Shown here piece by piece: positions 9,453 to 18,815 of a DNA stretch of 61,770 bases. How positions within the stretch are numbered: position 1 is the stretch's first letter; each line of letters opens with the position of its first letter. This stretch comes from a virus (taxonomy: Duplodnaviria; Caudoviricetes): the IMG/VR virus record IMGVR_UViG_3300035438_000760, positions 1-61,770 of that record, one strand, 5' to 3'. The position numbers were made by a program, and so were the translations under genes. The notes under the pieces were generated by a model, which was not told the origin of the DNA, searched no databases, and was given only the letters and a program-made list of their open reading frames with translations.

Positions 9453-10201
9453 TGTGGTCGGATCTTTCAACGAAAAAGTTGTTGACTCAAAATAGTGAAC
9501 TTCGCCGTGTTGGTGTTTGGAATTGGACGCTTCCCGCTCATGTTGTGAAACTGAGCAATGGGGAGCGTTTTAATACTTGTCCTAATGCTGGGGCATGTGG
9601 TCGTGTGTGTTATGCGAAGATGGGGACTTACCTTTTTGGCAATGTTCGGGCAAGACACATTCTGAACTTGGAGTATGTGTTGTATGGCGGTGATGATTGG
9701 CAGGAGCAAATGGCTGGAGAGATCGCCCATAAGCGAATGCGACCAACGGGTAAGGCTCACGATCTGCCTTTTGATTCTGGCGATCGTTGGTTATCCGATT
9801 GGATACATAGCGGTGGCAAAGCGGTTCGTATCCATGACGCTGGAGATTTTTTTTCGTCTGAGTATTTGGGGCGGTGGATTTCGCTTGCCCGCATGTTTCC
9901 CGATGTGTTGTTTTACGCCTACACCAAAGAGGTGACGATGGTGAAGGGTGTGGTTTTGCCTGCCAATTTCCGTGTGGTTTTTTCGTTTGGCGGTAAGCAA
10001 GATGATGCGATTGACCGTTCTGTTGACCGTCACGCTGATGTGTTCCCGTCTCTGGCTGAGTTGGTCGGGGCAGGCTATTTTGACCAGAGTGACAACGATC
10101 TTTTGGCGGTAGTTGCCCCGTTGCACAAGATCGGGATCGTGGCGAACAACCTGCCTGTGGCTATTCGTCGGTTTGACGGAAAAAAAATGTCAGAAATATA
10201 G
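9452..10201 (+). CDS. GP88-like protein (Cys triad, radical-SAM-like)
   Basis: CPNAGACGRVCYA, RIHDAGDFFS and YAYTK motifs. Confidence 0.7.
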   Translation: MWSDLSTKKLLTQNSELRRVGVWNWTLPAHVVKLSNGERFNTCPNAGACGRVCYAKMGTYLFGNVRARHILNLEYVLYGGDDWQEQMAGEIAHKRMRPTGKAHDLPFDSGDRWLSDWIHSGGKAVRIHDAGDFFSSEYLGRWISLARMFPDVLFYAYTKEVTMVKGVVLPANFRVVFSFGGKQDDAIDRSVDRHADVFPSLAELVGAGYFDQSDNDLLAVVAPLHKIGIVANNLPVAIRRFDGKKMSEI

Positions 10202-10207
10202 CCCAAT

Positions 10208-10240
10208 GACTTGACTATGGTTTAGTGACGGCGTTAGTCT
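10208..10240 (+). promoter_or_regulatory. Sigma-A-like promoter, GGTTTAG family
   Basis: TTGACT-N18-TAGTCT with GGTTTAG in the spacer. Confidence 0.6.
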
Positions 10241-10280
10241 TCTATTGCGGGTTGAGGGATCCGCATGACAGGAGGACAAA

Positions 10281-10760
10281 ATGACCGAAGCCACCAAAAC
10301 CAACCAGCATGGGTTCCCAATTCAAACCTGTACACGATGCAACGGTTCGGGGCAATACTCATACAACCAAATTCACGGCACAATGTGCTACGGGTGTGGC
10401 GGTTGCGGAACTCAAATCGTCAAAAAAGCAAAGCCTGCATGGATCGCTTTTGTAGCGCATGCAAAATCGCTTAAAGAAACTCACACAAAAGACCTGATAA
10501 GCGGTGTCGCTTACCGAAACGGATTTAAAGGCAGTGTTCCAAAAATAGTTGAGAGCGTTGAAAAGACCGACGAAAAAACTGGCGGTTGGTATCAAAGCGG
10601 AAAATCCGAAAAAGTGTACAACTACTTTTACATCGTCAAATTTGCAGATGGAACAATTGTGAAAGATAGTGGTAGTTATTGGAAACGAACAGTCACGCTT
10701 GAAGATCTGAATGTTGATTTCTACTTGGCTCAAATCCCACAACGAAAGGTGAAAAAATGA
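10281..10760 (+). CDS. Protein with DnaJ-type zinc-finger repeats
   Basis: CTRCNGSG and CYGCGGCG; AGGAGG RBS. Confidence 0.65.
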   Translation: MTEATKTNQHGFPIQTCTRCNGSGQYSYNQIHGTMCYGCGGCGTQIVKKAKPAWIAFVAHAKSLKETHTKDLISGVAYRNGFKGSVPKIVESVEKTDEKTGGWYQSGKSEKVYNYFYIVKFADGTIVKDSGSYWKRTVTLEDLNVDFYLAQIPQRKVKK

Positions 10761-11194
10761 CCGCACATCATTTGAAGTTCCGAAACATTCGGCAAGATAT
10801 TCAGCAAGCGTCTAAGCAAATGCGACAGGGCTGGGGATCGTTGACCGAACTGGAGCAGAAGTATCGGATCATTGAATGGGTTGCTGAAGCCTCAAGGATT
10901 TACCAACTGCCTCAGCCGAGCGTGGTGTTCCAGCCCAACTCGGATTACTACCATCATGGCGAAGGCGGTTCTATCCACTTGTCAAAGCCGAGTGCTATCA
11001 CTGCATGGCATGAGTTTCGTCATCACTGGCAGGCGATTCGTCCCGATGCATGGTCTGGCGATGAGGAAATTGATGCCCGTAACTGGTCGCTCAGTTTGTT
11101 CCACTCGGTAGCACCACGAACGCTTCGTCGGTTGGCAACTGCCGATCGGGTCATTCATTTAGATGCGAACATGCAGAACCGAGCCGTTCGGTGA
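10757..11194 (+). CDS. Small HExxH metallopeptidase-like protein
   Basis: AWHEFRHHWQ followed by EIDA. Confidence 0.55.
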   Translation: MTAHHLKFRNIRQDIQQASKQMRQGWGSLTELEQKYRIIEWVAEASRIYQLPQPSVVFQPNSDYYHHGEGGSIHLSKPSAITAWHEFRHHWQAIRPDAWSGDEEIDARNWSLSLFHSVAPRTLRRLATADRVIHLDANMQNRAVR

Positions 11195-11241
11195 GCGCAC
11201 ATTTTGGATCGCAACAATCGTTAACTAAGCAGGAGGAAAAA

Positions 11242-11571
11242 ATGACCAAAACGAAAGCACAGATAGTTCGGGAACATCCCCGATATTTTTCAAAAGCCAA
11301 CAATAAATTCTTTGGCTCAAAAATTGAGTATGTCGGTGTTGCTGATGTGAATGGTGACGACTGGTTTGTCACGAGCGAGTACGACAAGTACGGGGCAACG
11401 GGATACAAGCGTTTGTTTTCAGTTCGCCGAGCCAACGCCAACAAGCCCAGCGAAGTTGAAACAGTTGGAAAGTTTTGTGGCTACGACAATCTGCACGATG
11501 CGATCACCGCATTGACAAAAAGTGTGGTTGAAGTTGCTGTCACGCAAATTATCGGCGGGGTTCCACAATGA
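11242..11571 (+). CDS. Hypothetical phage protein
   Basis: AGGAGG RBS; YFS...FFGSKI...FVTSE pattern. Confidence 0.6.
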   Translation: MTKTKAQIVREHPRYFSKANNKFFGSKIEYVGVADVNGDDWFVTSEYDKYGATGYKRLFSVRRANANKPSEVETVGKFCGYDNLHDAITALTKSVVEVAVTQIIGGVPQ

Positions 11572-11870
11572 GTGCAATGAGAAATTTCGTGAAAGGGATG
11601 GGGCATTGCATTGCTCGTGTGAATCATCCCGATGGCACTAGCCGCGTGTATGGTCCTTTTATTTCTGGTGAGTGGTGCCTCCGATGGATGGATCACCAGT
11701 ATGAGGAGGGTTTCACTCGCGGGTTTATTGTTGAGCCATTGCGAACGCCTGATCGGGAGCGGGATTATTCGGCATGGTGGAATCCTGAATCAATTATGAC
11801 CGACGATCATTTCAAGGCTGAGTTTGTGAACTGGGGAAAAGAATCTTTGGAAATGTTCCCTTTGACTTGA
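11568..11870 (+). CDS. Hypothetical protein
   Basis: ATGA-coupled ORF; its stop lies inside the promoter repeat. Confidence 0.55.
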   Translation: MSAMRNFVKGMGHCIARVNHPDGTSRVYGPFISGEWCLRWMDHQYEEGFTRGFIVEPLRTPDRERDYSAWWNPESIMTDDHFKAEFVNWGKESLEMFPLT

Positions 11871-11919
11871 CTGGGGTTTAGTTTTCTGTAAGAATACTTA
11901 TGGAGGGAGAGAGGCTCCC
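11864..11919 (+). promoter_or_regulatory. Repeated promoter plus GGGAG-AGAGG-CTCCC hairpin
   Basis: GACTTGACTGGGGTTTAGTTTTCTGTAAGAAT; the same hairpin follows the 23754 copy. Confidence 0.7.
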
Positions 11920-11936
11920 GCCAGAGAGGGGAAAAG

Positions 11937-12839
11937 ATGACACGCTCATTCACCGCCGACTTATCCAAGTCGGCTCGTCGGGCACACCGTTCCCGCCAGC
12001 AAGCCAAACTGGATGCCAACCGAACGCTGAGCAAGCGGACATTCGGCATTGAGATTGAGTATGTGGGGACTCCGCTCAAGCGTCAAGTAGCCGAAGCCCT
12101 GAGCCTTGCTCTCGGCGAACATGTCCATGTCACGGGCTACCACTCCAACACCTGCTACACCTGCGGTCGCCAAGATGTTGGCTACGGTCAATGGAAAGTT
12201 TGCCATGACGGTTCGCTTGGCGGTCGGGGCTACGGTGCCGACTCCACCACTGGCGAGATTGTCTCTCCTGTCCTAACGGGCGAAGAGGGAATTGACAAAG
12301 TGAAAATCGTACTGGCAACACTCCGAGCGGTCGGTGCGAAAGCCTCCGCCAAGTGCGGGATCCACATCCACGCTGGTGCTAAAGACCTAACCGCCAACGG
12401 ACTACAGCGACTGGTCAAGAACTACGGTCAAGTGCAGGACGAGATCTACACTTGGCTCCCCAGTCGCCGAGCGTCGGGTGTCTACTCACCAAAACTGCGG
12501 ACTCGGAGTCTTGACAGTCTCTACCTCGGAGTCAAGCAATTCAAAGAGCAGGGATACGCTGGAGAACTTGGCTCTAAGTACGCTGGCTTGAACATCAGCC
12601 CGCTCGCCCGAATCGGAACTGTGGAATTCCGCATGCACCAAGGTTCAGTGGATACCAACATCCTCGCTCCTTGGATCCGATTTGTCCTCGGCTTCGTAGA
12701 TAGCCAAGTGGATGACGAGAACTTGGTAGGCACCACGATTCCCACTAACGAATCGGTCTTGACCTACTTAGTTGACGGGAAGTACCTACCCGCCAAGAGT
12801 GCCGAAAAAATTGCCCAGCGTGTCGGTCGCTGGAACTAA
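11937..12839 (+). CDS. Putative amidoligase (COOH-NH2 ligase family)
   Basis: FGIEIE, HDGSL, EIVSPVL, CGIHIH and TVEFR motifs. Confidence 0.85.
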   Translation: MTRSFTADLSKSARRAHRSRQQAKLDANRTLSKRTFGIEIEYVGTPLKRQVAEALSLALGEHVHVTGYHSNTCYTCGRQDVGYGQWKVCHDGSLGGRGYGADSTTGEIVSPVLTGEEGIDKVKIVLATLRAVGAKASAKCGIHIHAGAKDLTANGLQRLVKNYGQVQDEIYTWLPSRRASGVYSPKLRTRSLDSLYLGVKQFKEQGYAGELGSKYAGLNISPLARIGTVEFRMHQGSVDTNILAPWIRFVLGFVDSQVDDENLVGTTIPTNESVLTYLVDGKYLPAKSAEKIAQRVGRWN

Positions 12840-12856
12840 CAGGAGGGAAACAGAAC

Positions 12857-13618
12857 ATGTGCGGAATCTCAGGATTCAGTCTCACCAAGTGCGACGCTAA
12901 GAAAGTTGACAGCAGGATCCTTGCTAGTTGTCTTCTAAAAAACATTGAGCATCGTGGGCGACATGCCACGGGTGCCTCATGGACAGAGACAATGGATGAG
13001 GGTCTGATGTGGTGGTACAGCAAGGCTCCGATCCCAGCATCGGAATTTGACGGTCACCTAGAACAAATGCCAAAGCACACTCGCCGAGCATTGCTCCATG
13101 TACGGTACGCCACCACTGGCGATCCCGAAGATGAGAACAACAACCATCCGATCATCGTGCCATCGTCATCGGGCGGATCGGTCATCGGTGTTCACAACGG
13201 GATCATCAACAACTACCAGCAGATCATGGATGACATTGGTGCCGAATGGATTGGCGAAGTGGACTCTCAAGCCCTTTTCCACCTTGCGGGTACTGAAGAC
13301 TTCACCAAAGAAAAGTTTCGCCAAGTTCAGGGTTCAGCAGCGGTTGCTTATGTTGACACTGCCGAACCGACAACGATCAAACTGGTTCGTATGTCAATGC
13401 GACCCTTGTGGATTGCCCAGACTGAAGACGGCTCAACACTTTGGTCATCAGAGGAAGATGCACTGCTGGATGCCATGAGTGTGGTAGGACTTACAGCAGA
13501 TTTTGTTATGGAGGTTCCCGAATGGACAATGGTTACTATCAACGATGCTCGTCTAGATTCCGTAGAGCAGATTGTTCGCCCTACAGCATTGAGTGGTCAG
13601 ATGGTCATGTTTCGGTAG
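12857..13618 (+). CDS. Class II glutamine amidotransferase (Ntn)
   Basis: MCGI N-terminus, HRG, HVRYAT, NNHP, HNGII and VDS motifs. Confidence 0.9.
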   Translation: MCGISGFSLTKCDAKKVDSRILASCLLKNIEHRGRHATGASWTETMDEGLMWWYSKAPIPASEFDGHLEQMPKHTRRALLHVRYATTGDPEDENNNHPIIVPSSSGGSVIGVHNGIINNYQQIMDDIGAEWIGEVDSQALFHLAGTEDFTKEKFRQVQGSAAVAYVDTAEPTTIKLVRMSMRPLWIAQTEDGSTLWSSEEDALLDAMSVVGLTADFVMEVPEWTMVTINDARLDSVEQIVRPTALSGQMVMFR

Positions 13619-13801
13619 GGCACACTCCCCGACGACTGCTTAAAGGGATCGGGGACATTCAGTTCCCGCCTATGTCGGTCAAAGAGATCAAGATTGAATT
13701 GGCACGACGATGCGAAACCTTGTTGAGTATTGACTGCCCAATATCGGAAGACGATCTTGAATTTCTAGAGTTCTTGGCGAAAGTCGGGTTCATAGATTTT
13801 T

Positions 13802-14263
13802 ATGTTGGATGACTTTTGGGATTCTGCCGTTTGCAAAACGGAGCAAGTCCCGATAGGAATCTTTTTTGGATCTGAAGATGAAAGCCCGCCAGAGCGGACA
13901 CTTAGAATCGCTATGGCTAAATCTATTTGCCAACGATGCGATGTCATTGACGAGTGTTTGCAGATGGCGATCGCAAATGATGAGCGGGGAATCTGGGGAG
14001 GGAAAACCGAGAACGAGCGGTATCGGGGTTCTACCGTCCTAATTTCGGATCCGATGGTACCTGTAGTGCCCGTAGAGCCTGTCGCCAGATCAATTTGGGT
14101 AACCATAGCCGACTCTAATGGGGTAGTGCTACAGATGACTAGGAGGTTCACTCCGATGACATGGCAAATCGTGGTGGACGGCATTGTTCGCTACGAAAAG
14201 TATGTAGAAGGCGAAGCGTGGATCGTTTGGAACAGGGCAGTTGAAAGCAGGATGCGATACTGA
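13802..14263 (+). CDS. whiB: WhiB-family transcription factor with C-terminal extension
   Basis: C...CQRC...C plus GIWGG. Confidence 0.85.
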   Translation: MLDDFWDSAVCKTEQVPIGIFFGSEDESPPERTLRIAMAKSICQRCDVIDECLQMAIANDERGIWGGKTENERYRGSTVLISDPMVPVVPVEPVARSIWVTIADSNGVVLQMTRRFTPMTWQIVVDGIVRYEKYVEGEAWIVWNRAVESRMRY

Positions 14264-14387
14264 TTAGACTCAGACGAGGTTGTTGCCGATCCCCCTCACG
14301 GCGACGACTTAGGAACTCTGAGTGCCTCCTACTCAAGTTTCCAAACGGGCAGTGTCTTTGGCACTGCCCGTTTGCTATTGTGCCACC

Positions 14388-15044
14388 ATGCAAATAGATG
14401 AGGTGGCTATCAATGCGATTACCCGACACCCCAAAAACGCCCGTCAAGGCGAAGTGTCTCGGATCGTGGAATCAATTAAAGCGAACGGGTTCTTTGCCCC
14501 GCTGGTAGTCCAACGGTCAACGGGATTCATTCTGGTGGGCAACCATCGGTATCAAGCCGCGTGTGACACTGGGATGACCACGATCCCCGTTCACTATGTG
14601 GACTGTGACGATGCTCAGGCTCGGCGGATCATGTTGGCGGACAACAAAACCAGTGATCGTGCCAGATATGAGAAAGACATTCTTGCTGAACTGCTCCAAG
14701 AAGCCCTCGGTGACGGTGGACTATTTGGTACAGCGTTTGATCCGTCTGAAGTAGACAAACTGCTACAGGAAGCGTCCGCTGGTGACGCTCCAACGGTTGA
14801 ACAGTTTGATCTCATCCCGTATGAGCGCACCTTTTTTCTGGTCGGGGCACCAATAAGCCTGCATGCGACCATTGCCGATGCATTGGATCGTCTACAAATT
14901 GAACACGAGGAAATTGATTATGAGCATGCCCAAGATTCGTCGGAAGACCCGCCCGTTCTTCAGAGCGAGGAAGGACAAGAACGAGAACTCGCACTTGGAC
15001 GAGAAGGCTTGGTTGAGAGCGGAGACAATTCGCTTGATTGGTAA
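14388..15044 (+). CDS. ParB/Srx N-terminal domain protein
   Basis: HPKNAR...SIKANGF...ILVGNHRYQA...MLADNK. Confidence 0.8.
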   Translation: MQIDEVAINAITRHPKNARQGEVSRIVESIKANGFFAPLVVQRSTGFILVGNHRYQAACDTGMTTIPVHYVDCDDAQARRIMLADNKTSDRARYEKDILAELLQEALGDGGLFGTAFDPSEVDKLLQEASAGDAPTVEQFDLIPYERTFFLVGAPISLHATIADALDRLQIEHEEIDYEHAQDSSEDPPVLQSEEGQERELALGREGLVESGDNSLDW

Positions 15045-15567
15045 ACCTCAGGTGAGCGTCTTGGATGCTTACGCTGGGGAAGGTCATGTGTGGATGCGAA
15101 CTCAAGAGTTGATCCCTGATGTGGTGATCTTGAGGATGGCGATTGAGAAACGCAAAAGTGCTGCGGAGCAGAACGCCATTGTTGGGGACAACATGAAAGT
15201 GCTACCAACTTTGGATCTTCAACAGTTTGATCTGATTGATCTGGACGCTTTCGGTTTTCCGACTGAGCAGATTCGGATCTGTGCTGAGAAGGCTCCGAAT
15301 GTTCCCGTGGTGATGACGGCGATCGCTAACCATTACGCACCAACCCCGTACACGGTCACTGATGCCGTTGGTATTCCTGAGCATTGGCGAAAGGTTGACG
15401 GACCGTATCCGCACATGTTGTTCGCTAAGAAGCGTTGGACATATTGGGAACATTATTTGTGGTCGTTGGGTTATCGGCATGCGACCAGAATTCACATGCC
15501 AGATTTTGGTTACACAAAACGCTATGAAGTGTTGTGGAGTGACGAAGCATGGGCTAAAGTGCAGTAA
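14920..15567 (+). CDS. SAM-dependent methyltransferase-fold protein
   Basis: VLDAYAGEG motif I; FDLIDLDAFGFP. Confidence 0.65.
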   Translation: MSMPKIRRKTRPFFRARKDKNENSHLDEKAWLRAETIRLIGKPQVSVLDAYAGEGHVWMRTQELIPDVVILRMAIEKRKSAAEQNAIVGDNMKVLPTLDLQQFDLIDLDAFGFPTEQIRICAEKAPNVPVVMTAIANHYAPTPYTVTDAVGIPEHWRKVDGPYPHMLFAKKRWTYWEHYLWSLGYRHATRIHMPDFGYTKRYEVLWSDEAWAKVQ

Positions 15568-15757
15568 CAATTTTGTTGAGAGGGGTTTAAATGGAGACAG
15601 TTAAGACAGCAGTTGCCGAATTAAATGACCGACAAATTTTGGTCATGTTTTTTGAAGACGGAACTTTGCACATTGCTGAACGAGAGAATTCGTGGGACAC
15701 ATGGGGTCGCCCTGTGTACACGCAATTTGCAACAATGGGCGAAAGCACAAAACACTG

Positions 15758-16855
15758 ATGCGATTCATTGAACTGTTTGCTGGAATCGGAGCGTTCAGAC
15801 TTGGCTTAGAAAACACTGGGCACGAATGTGTCTGGGCAAACGAGTGGTTGCCTAAACCACGAAGCATTTATACACACAATTTCGGAGAGGAACCCGATGG
15901 ACGAGACATTACAACTGTTCAACATGGAGACATCCCAGAAGCCGACCTCATTTGTGGAGGATTTCCTTGTGCCACTTTTAGCATTGCTGGAAGAAGATCA
16001 GGATTTTCGCTGGACGACACCAGAGGCACACTCGCTTTTGAAATGTTTAGGCTCGCTAGGGATAAAAGAATTCCATACATCCTCTTTGAGAATGTCAAAG
16101 GACTACTCAACCACGATGCAGGAAGAACATTCCAAATTATCCTCGGTGTCTTGGATGCGATGGGGTATGACTCACAATGGGAACTGCTTGACAGCCAAAA
16201 CTTTGGAGTCCCGCAACACAGAGAGCGCATCTTCCTTGTCGCAAATCTTAGAGGACACCCCAGACCCAAAGTATTTCCTATCGGAAGAACGGAGCAATGC
16301 GATGATGAACCGATCCAAAGTGAAGAAGGGATCCAAGTCGCCCAGTGGCGACGAGGCTATTTCCGCACCTACCGATCAAATGGTGTTCCCACTCTGACGG
16401 CAAATATGGGGCTTGGTGGCAACAATGTCCCCTATGTGACAGGACGCGTCCCTCGTGATGTAGATGTGTTTCCAACATTGGACGGTCACTATTGGAAAGG
16501 GATCCAAAACAATCAAGGTCGTGGGGCAGTCAGATCAATTGTCCGTCCCGTTTTGGATGTCAACCGTTTAAGCAAAGGTTTGAATGGGCGAATGATTAAA
16601 GATGACAACGACCCGATGTATACGATCACCGCTCAGGATCGTCACGGGGTTTATCTTGACGACGGCGAAAAAAGTCGGATCCGCAAGTTGACACCATTGG
16701 AATGCGAAAGACTTCAAGGGTTACCTGATGGGTGGACAGAATTTTACGCTGACGGCAAAAAAGTTTCTGACTCAGAACGCTACGAGCGGTGTGGACGGAC
16801 GATCACAATTCAAGTGGTAGAGGCAATAGGGAGAAGGTTGTATGACTTCTGGTAA
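15758..16855 (+). CDS. DNA (cytosine-5) methyltransferase family, candidate carboxymethyltransferase
   Basis: LFAGIG, GGFPC, ENVKG, QHRER and LTPLECERLQG; motif X reads CGRT instead of GN[SA]. Confidence 0.9.
   Translation: MRFIELFAGIGAFRLGLENTGHECVWANEWLPKPRSIYTHNFGEEPDGRDITTVQHGDIPEADLICGGFPCATFSIAGRRSGFSLDDTRGTLAFEMFRLARDKRIPYILFENVKGLLNHDAGRTFQIILGVLDAMGYDSQWELLDSQNFGVPQHRERIFLVANLRGHPRPKVFPIGRTEQCDDEPIQSEEGIQVAQWRRGYFRTYRSNGVPTLTANMGLGGNNVPYVTGRVPRDVDVFPTLDGHYWKGIQNNQGRGAVRSIVRPVLDVNRLSKGLNGRMIKDDNDPMYTITAQDRHGVYLDDGEKSRIRKLTPLECERLQGLPDGWTEFYADGKKVSDSERYERCGRTITIQVVEAIGRRLYDFW
15828..16397 (+). CDS. Alternate-frame ORF nested in the MTase (possible beta-subunit-like polypeptide)
   Basis: 189-codon +1-frame ORF containing WGMTHNG...SLSQILE...KYFLS. 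Confidence 0.4.
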   Translation: MSGQTSGCLNHEAFIHTISERNPMDETLQLFNMETSQKPTSFVEDFLVPLLALLEEDQDFRWTTPEAHSLLKCLGSLGIKEFHTSSLRMSKDYSTTMQEEHSKLSSVSWMRWGMTHNGNCLTAKTLESRNTESASSLSQILEDTPDPKYFLSEERSNAMMNRSKVKKGSKSPSGDEAISAPTDQMVFPL

Positions 16856-17507
16856 TTTTTCGTTTGACACAATTCAAAATTTTGACCAACACATCCGTAA
16901 TTCAATACCTAACTACGATCTGTTGTTTGACGCTGTTGTGTCAGTATCAAAATTTTTCAGTGACCCTGAAGCAACAATGATTGATGTTGGCTGTTCAACT
17001 GGACAAATGTTGGACGCTATGCCTCACACTGGATTAAAAATTGGGGTAGATCAGTCAGCAAACCTTTTGCCTATGGTTTCTGACGGGTCAACCATGTTTA
17101 AACATAGCGATATCCGTGATTTTAACTTTTTGGAGTACGGAAAAACTTGTTTTGTCACTTCAATTTTTACTCTTCAATTCTTACCGTTCAACGATCGCTA
17201 CAAAATACTGGTGGATATTTATCAGTCACTAAAAGCAGGTGGCGGATTTTTGTGGGCAGAAAAAGTGACATGCGAACACGGCAACGATCAAGATCTAATG
17301 ACTTTTGCCCATTACGATTTTAAACGCAGATCGTTTTCTGCTGAACAAATTCTTCGCAAGGAAGAAGATTTGCGTGGGCTTATGCATTGCAACACAAGCA
17401 ACGGTAACCACCAGTTAGCCCGTCAAGCAGGTTTTGGTGACGGTTTGTTGGTGTGGAAATTTTTTAATTTTGAATGTTACTTATATCGCAAATCGTTTGA
17501 CCGATGA
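16842..17507 (+). CDS. CmoA-like (carboxy-SAM synthase-like) protein
   Basis: FSFD...FDQHIRNSIPNY, DVGCSTG, FTLQFL, AEK and HYDFKR match the CmoA pattern. Confidence 0.75.
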   Translation: MTSGNFSFDTIQNFDQHIRNSIPNYDLLFDAVVSVSKFFSDPEATMIDVGCSTGQMLDAMPHTGLKIGVDQSANLLPMVSDGSTMFKHSDIRDFNFLEYGKTCFVTSIFTLQFLPFNDRYKILVDIYQSLKAGGGFLWAEKVTCEHGNDQDLMTFAHYDFKRRSFSAEQILRKEEDLRGLMHCNTSNGNHQLARQAGFGDGLLVWKFFNFECYLYRKSFDR

Positions 17508-17803
17508 ATTGGCGTGAAGTTAGATTTAAAACAGGTGAGTTAGCAGGGTTAAACATTTACATTGAGGAGGAAATTATGGGTTACGAAGATTCGGGTGCAT
17601 GCCCGCTATGCCATGTTGGATGTTTGGATGAGTGTGAGTCAGATTGTTTGTCTCGTGATCTTGTCTTCAGGCGATTTGTCAGAGTGGGCAACGAATTGAA
17701 ATTAGCGTTGGAATTGATGATGCGAACTTTGCCCTCTCGTGACGATCGGATTCGTATGGAGGAAACCATTGACGAATGGAAATTTATGGCTGGTTCACTG
17801 TGA
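17504..17803 (+). CDS. Hypothetical Cys-rich protein
   Basis: ATGA coupling; CPLC...C...C. Confidence 0.5.
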   Translation: MNWREVRFKTGELAGLNIYIEEEIMGYEDSGACPLCHVGCLDECESDCLSRDLVFRRFVRVGNELKLALELMMRTLPSRDDRIRMEETIDEWKFMAGSL

Positions 17804-18369
17804 GTACCTTGATTAGTATCACGATTGCCGTCATCGCAATTATTTTGACTGAGATTTTTGTTCGTCGCATGTTCAAAGATGACTGATGGATAGCCACAAG
17901 CACCACAAACCGCTTTTGTGTACCAGATGCGATCAACCGATTGGTTGGGCATGGGGTTTCACGGACACGGGACAGAAGTTTGGATATTTGAAATGTCACG
18001 AATGTGAGGGAGGTCAGGATGAGTGAGCAGAAAACTTTTTCGCACCGTTTGATTGTTGCTGATATGGCTGATGCTATTTGTCGTGTGTGTGATGTGTGTG
18101 GTTCGGCTCCGAATGTTCAGCAGGTTCGGTTGAGTTGGTTGTTTCCTACTCGTAAAGGGTTGGAGATCAGTTGCCCGAATGGTCCGCATGAGTTGGTGGA
18201 TCTATGAGTAAGCAGGCGTGGGTTTGTTGTGATGCTGTTAAGCCTGTCGGGTTTACTTACTATCTGAATGTGACGGTGTGTGATGTGTGTTTCACAAAGT
18301 TCCCGTACTATGACTGCTTTTGTGAGTTGGTACATGAGTGTGTGCCAAATAAATGGTTGGAGGGAAGCA

Positions 18370-18609
18370 ATGACTTTTGATGAATGGGTTGAAGAGGGTA
18401 TTTCGCAGGGTTGGGTGTCACCGTTTGTGTGTGAGATCCATGATGGGGTTCCGATGTCTTTGGATGAAGAGATAGCGATGCAAGACGGCGACGAATCGTG
18501 TATTTGGATAATGCGAGGGTATGCAAGCAAGGAAGAGAAGTTAGCGGTTGAGGATTTCAGTCCGCATGCTTTGTGGCGTAAGCCTTACGCTTTTCGGAAG
18601 GATCACTGA
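18370..18609 (+). CDS. Hypothetical phage protein
   Basis: MTFDEWVEEGISQGW...CEIHDGVP; TGATG coupling to the next gene. Confidence 0.55.
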   Translation: MTFDEWVEEGISQGWVSPFVCEIHDGVPMSLDEEIAMQDGDESCIWIMRGYASKEEKLAVEDFSPHALWRKPYAFRKDH

Positions 18610-18815
18610 TGCATTTTTTTGAGGTGGATGACCAGAACGGTGATCTGGTTGATCTGATTCCGTTTTGTTCTGATTGGTGTCATCGCAGTTGGTGTTTGTC
18701 TGGCGGTGGTGTCTATGGTGGTTGGAATGGTGCGCGTGAAGTTGAGTATTCAACGGTGTGTGCGTGGTGTCAAGAAAAAATTGTGGGTTACGGAGATCTT
18801 GAGGAGGATCAGTGA
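18609..18815 (+). CDS. Small Cys-rich hypothetical protein
   Basis: FCSDWC and CAWC; coupled on both sides. Confidence 0.5.
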   Translation: MHFFEVDDQNGDLVDLIPFCSDWCHRSWCLSGGGVYGGWNGAREVEYSTVCAWCQEKIVGYGDLEEDQ

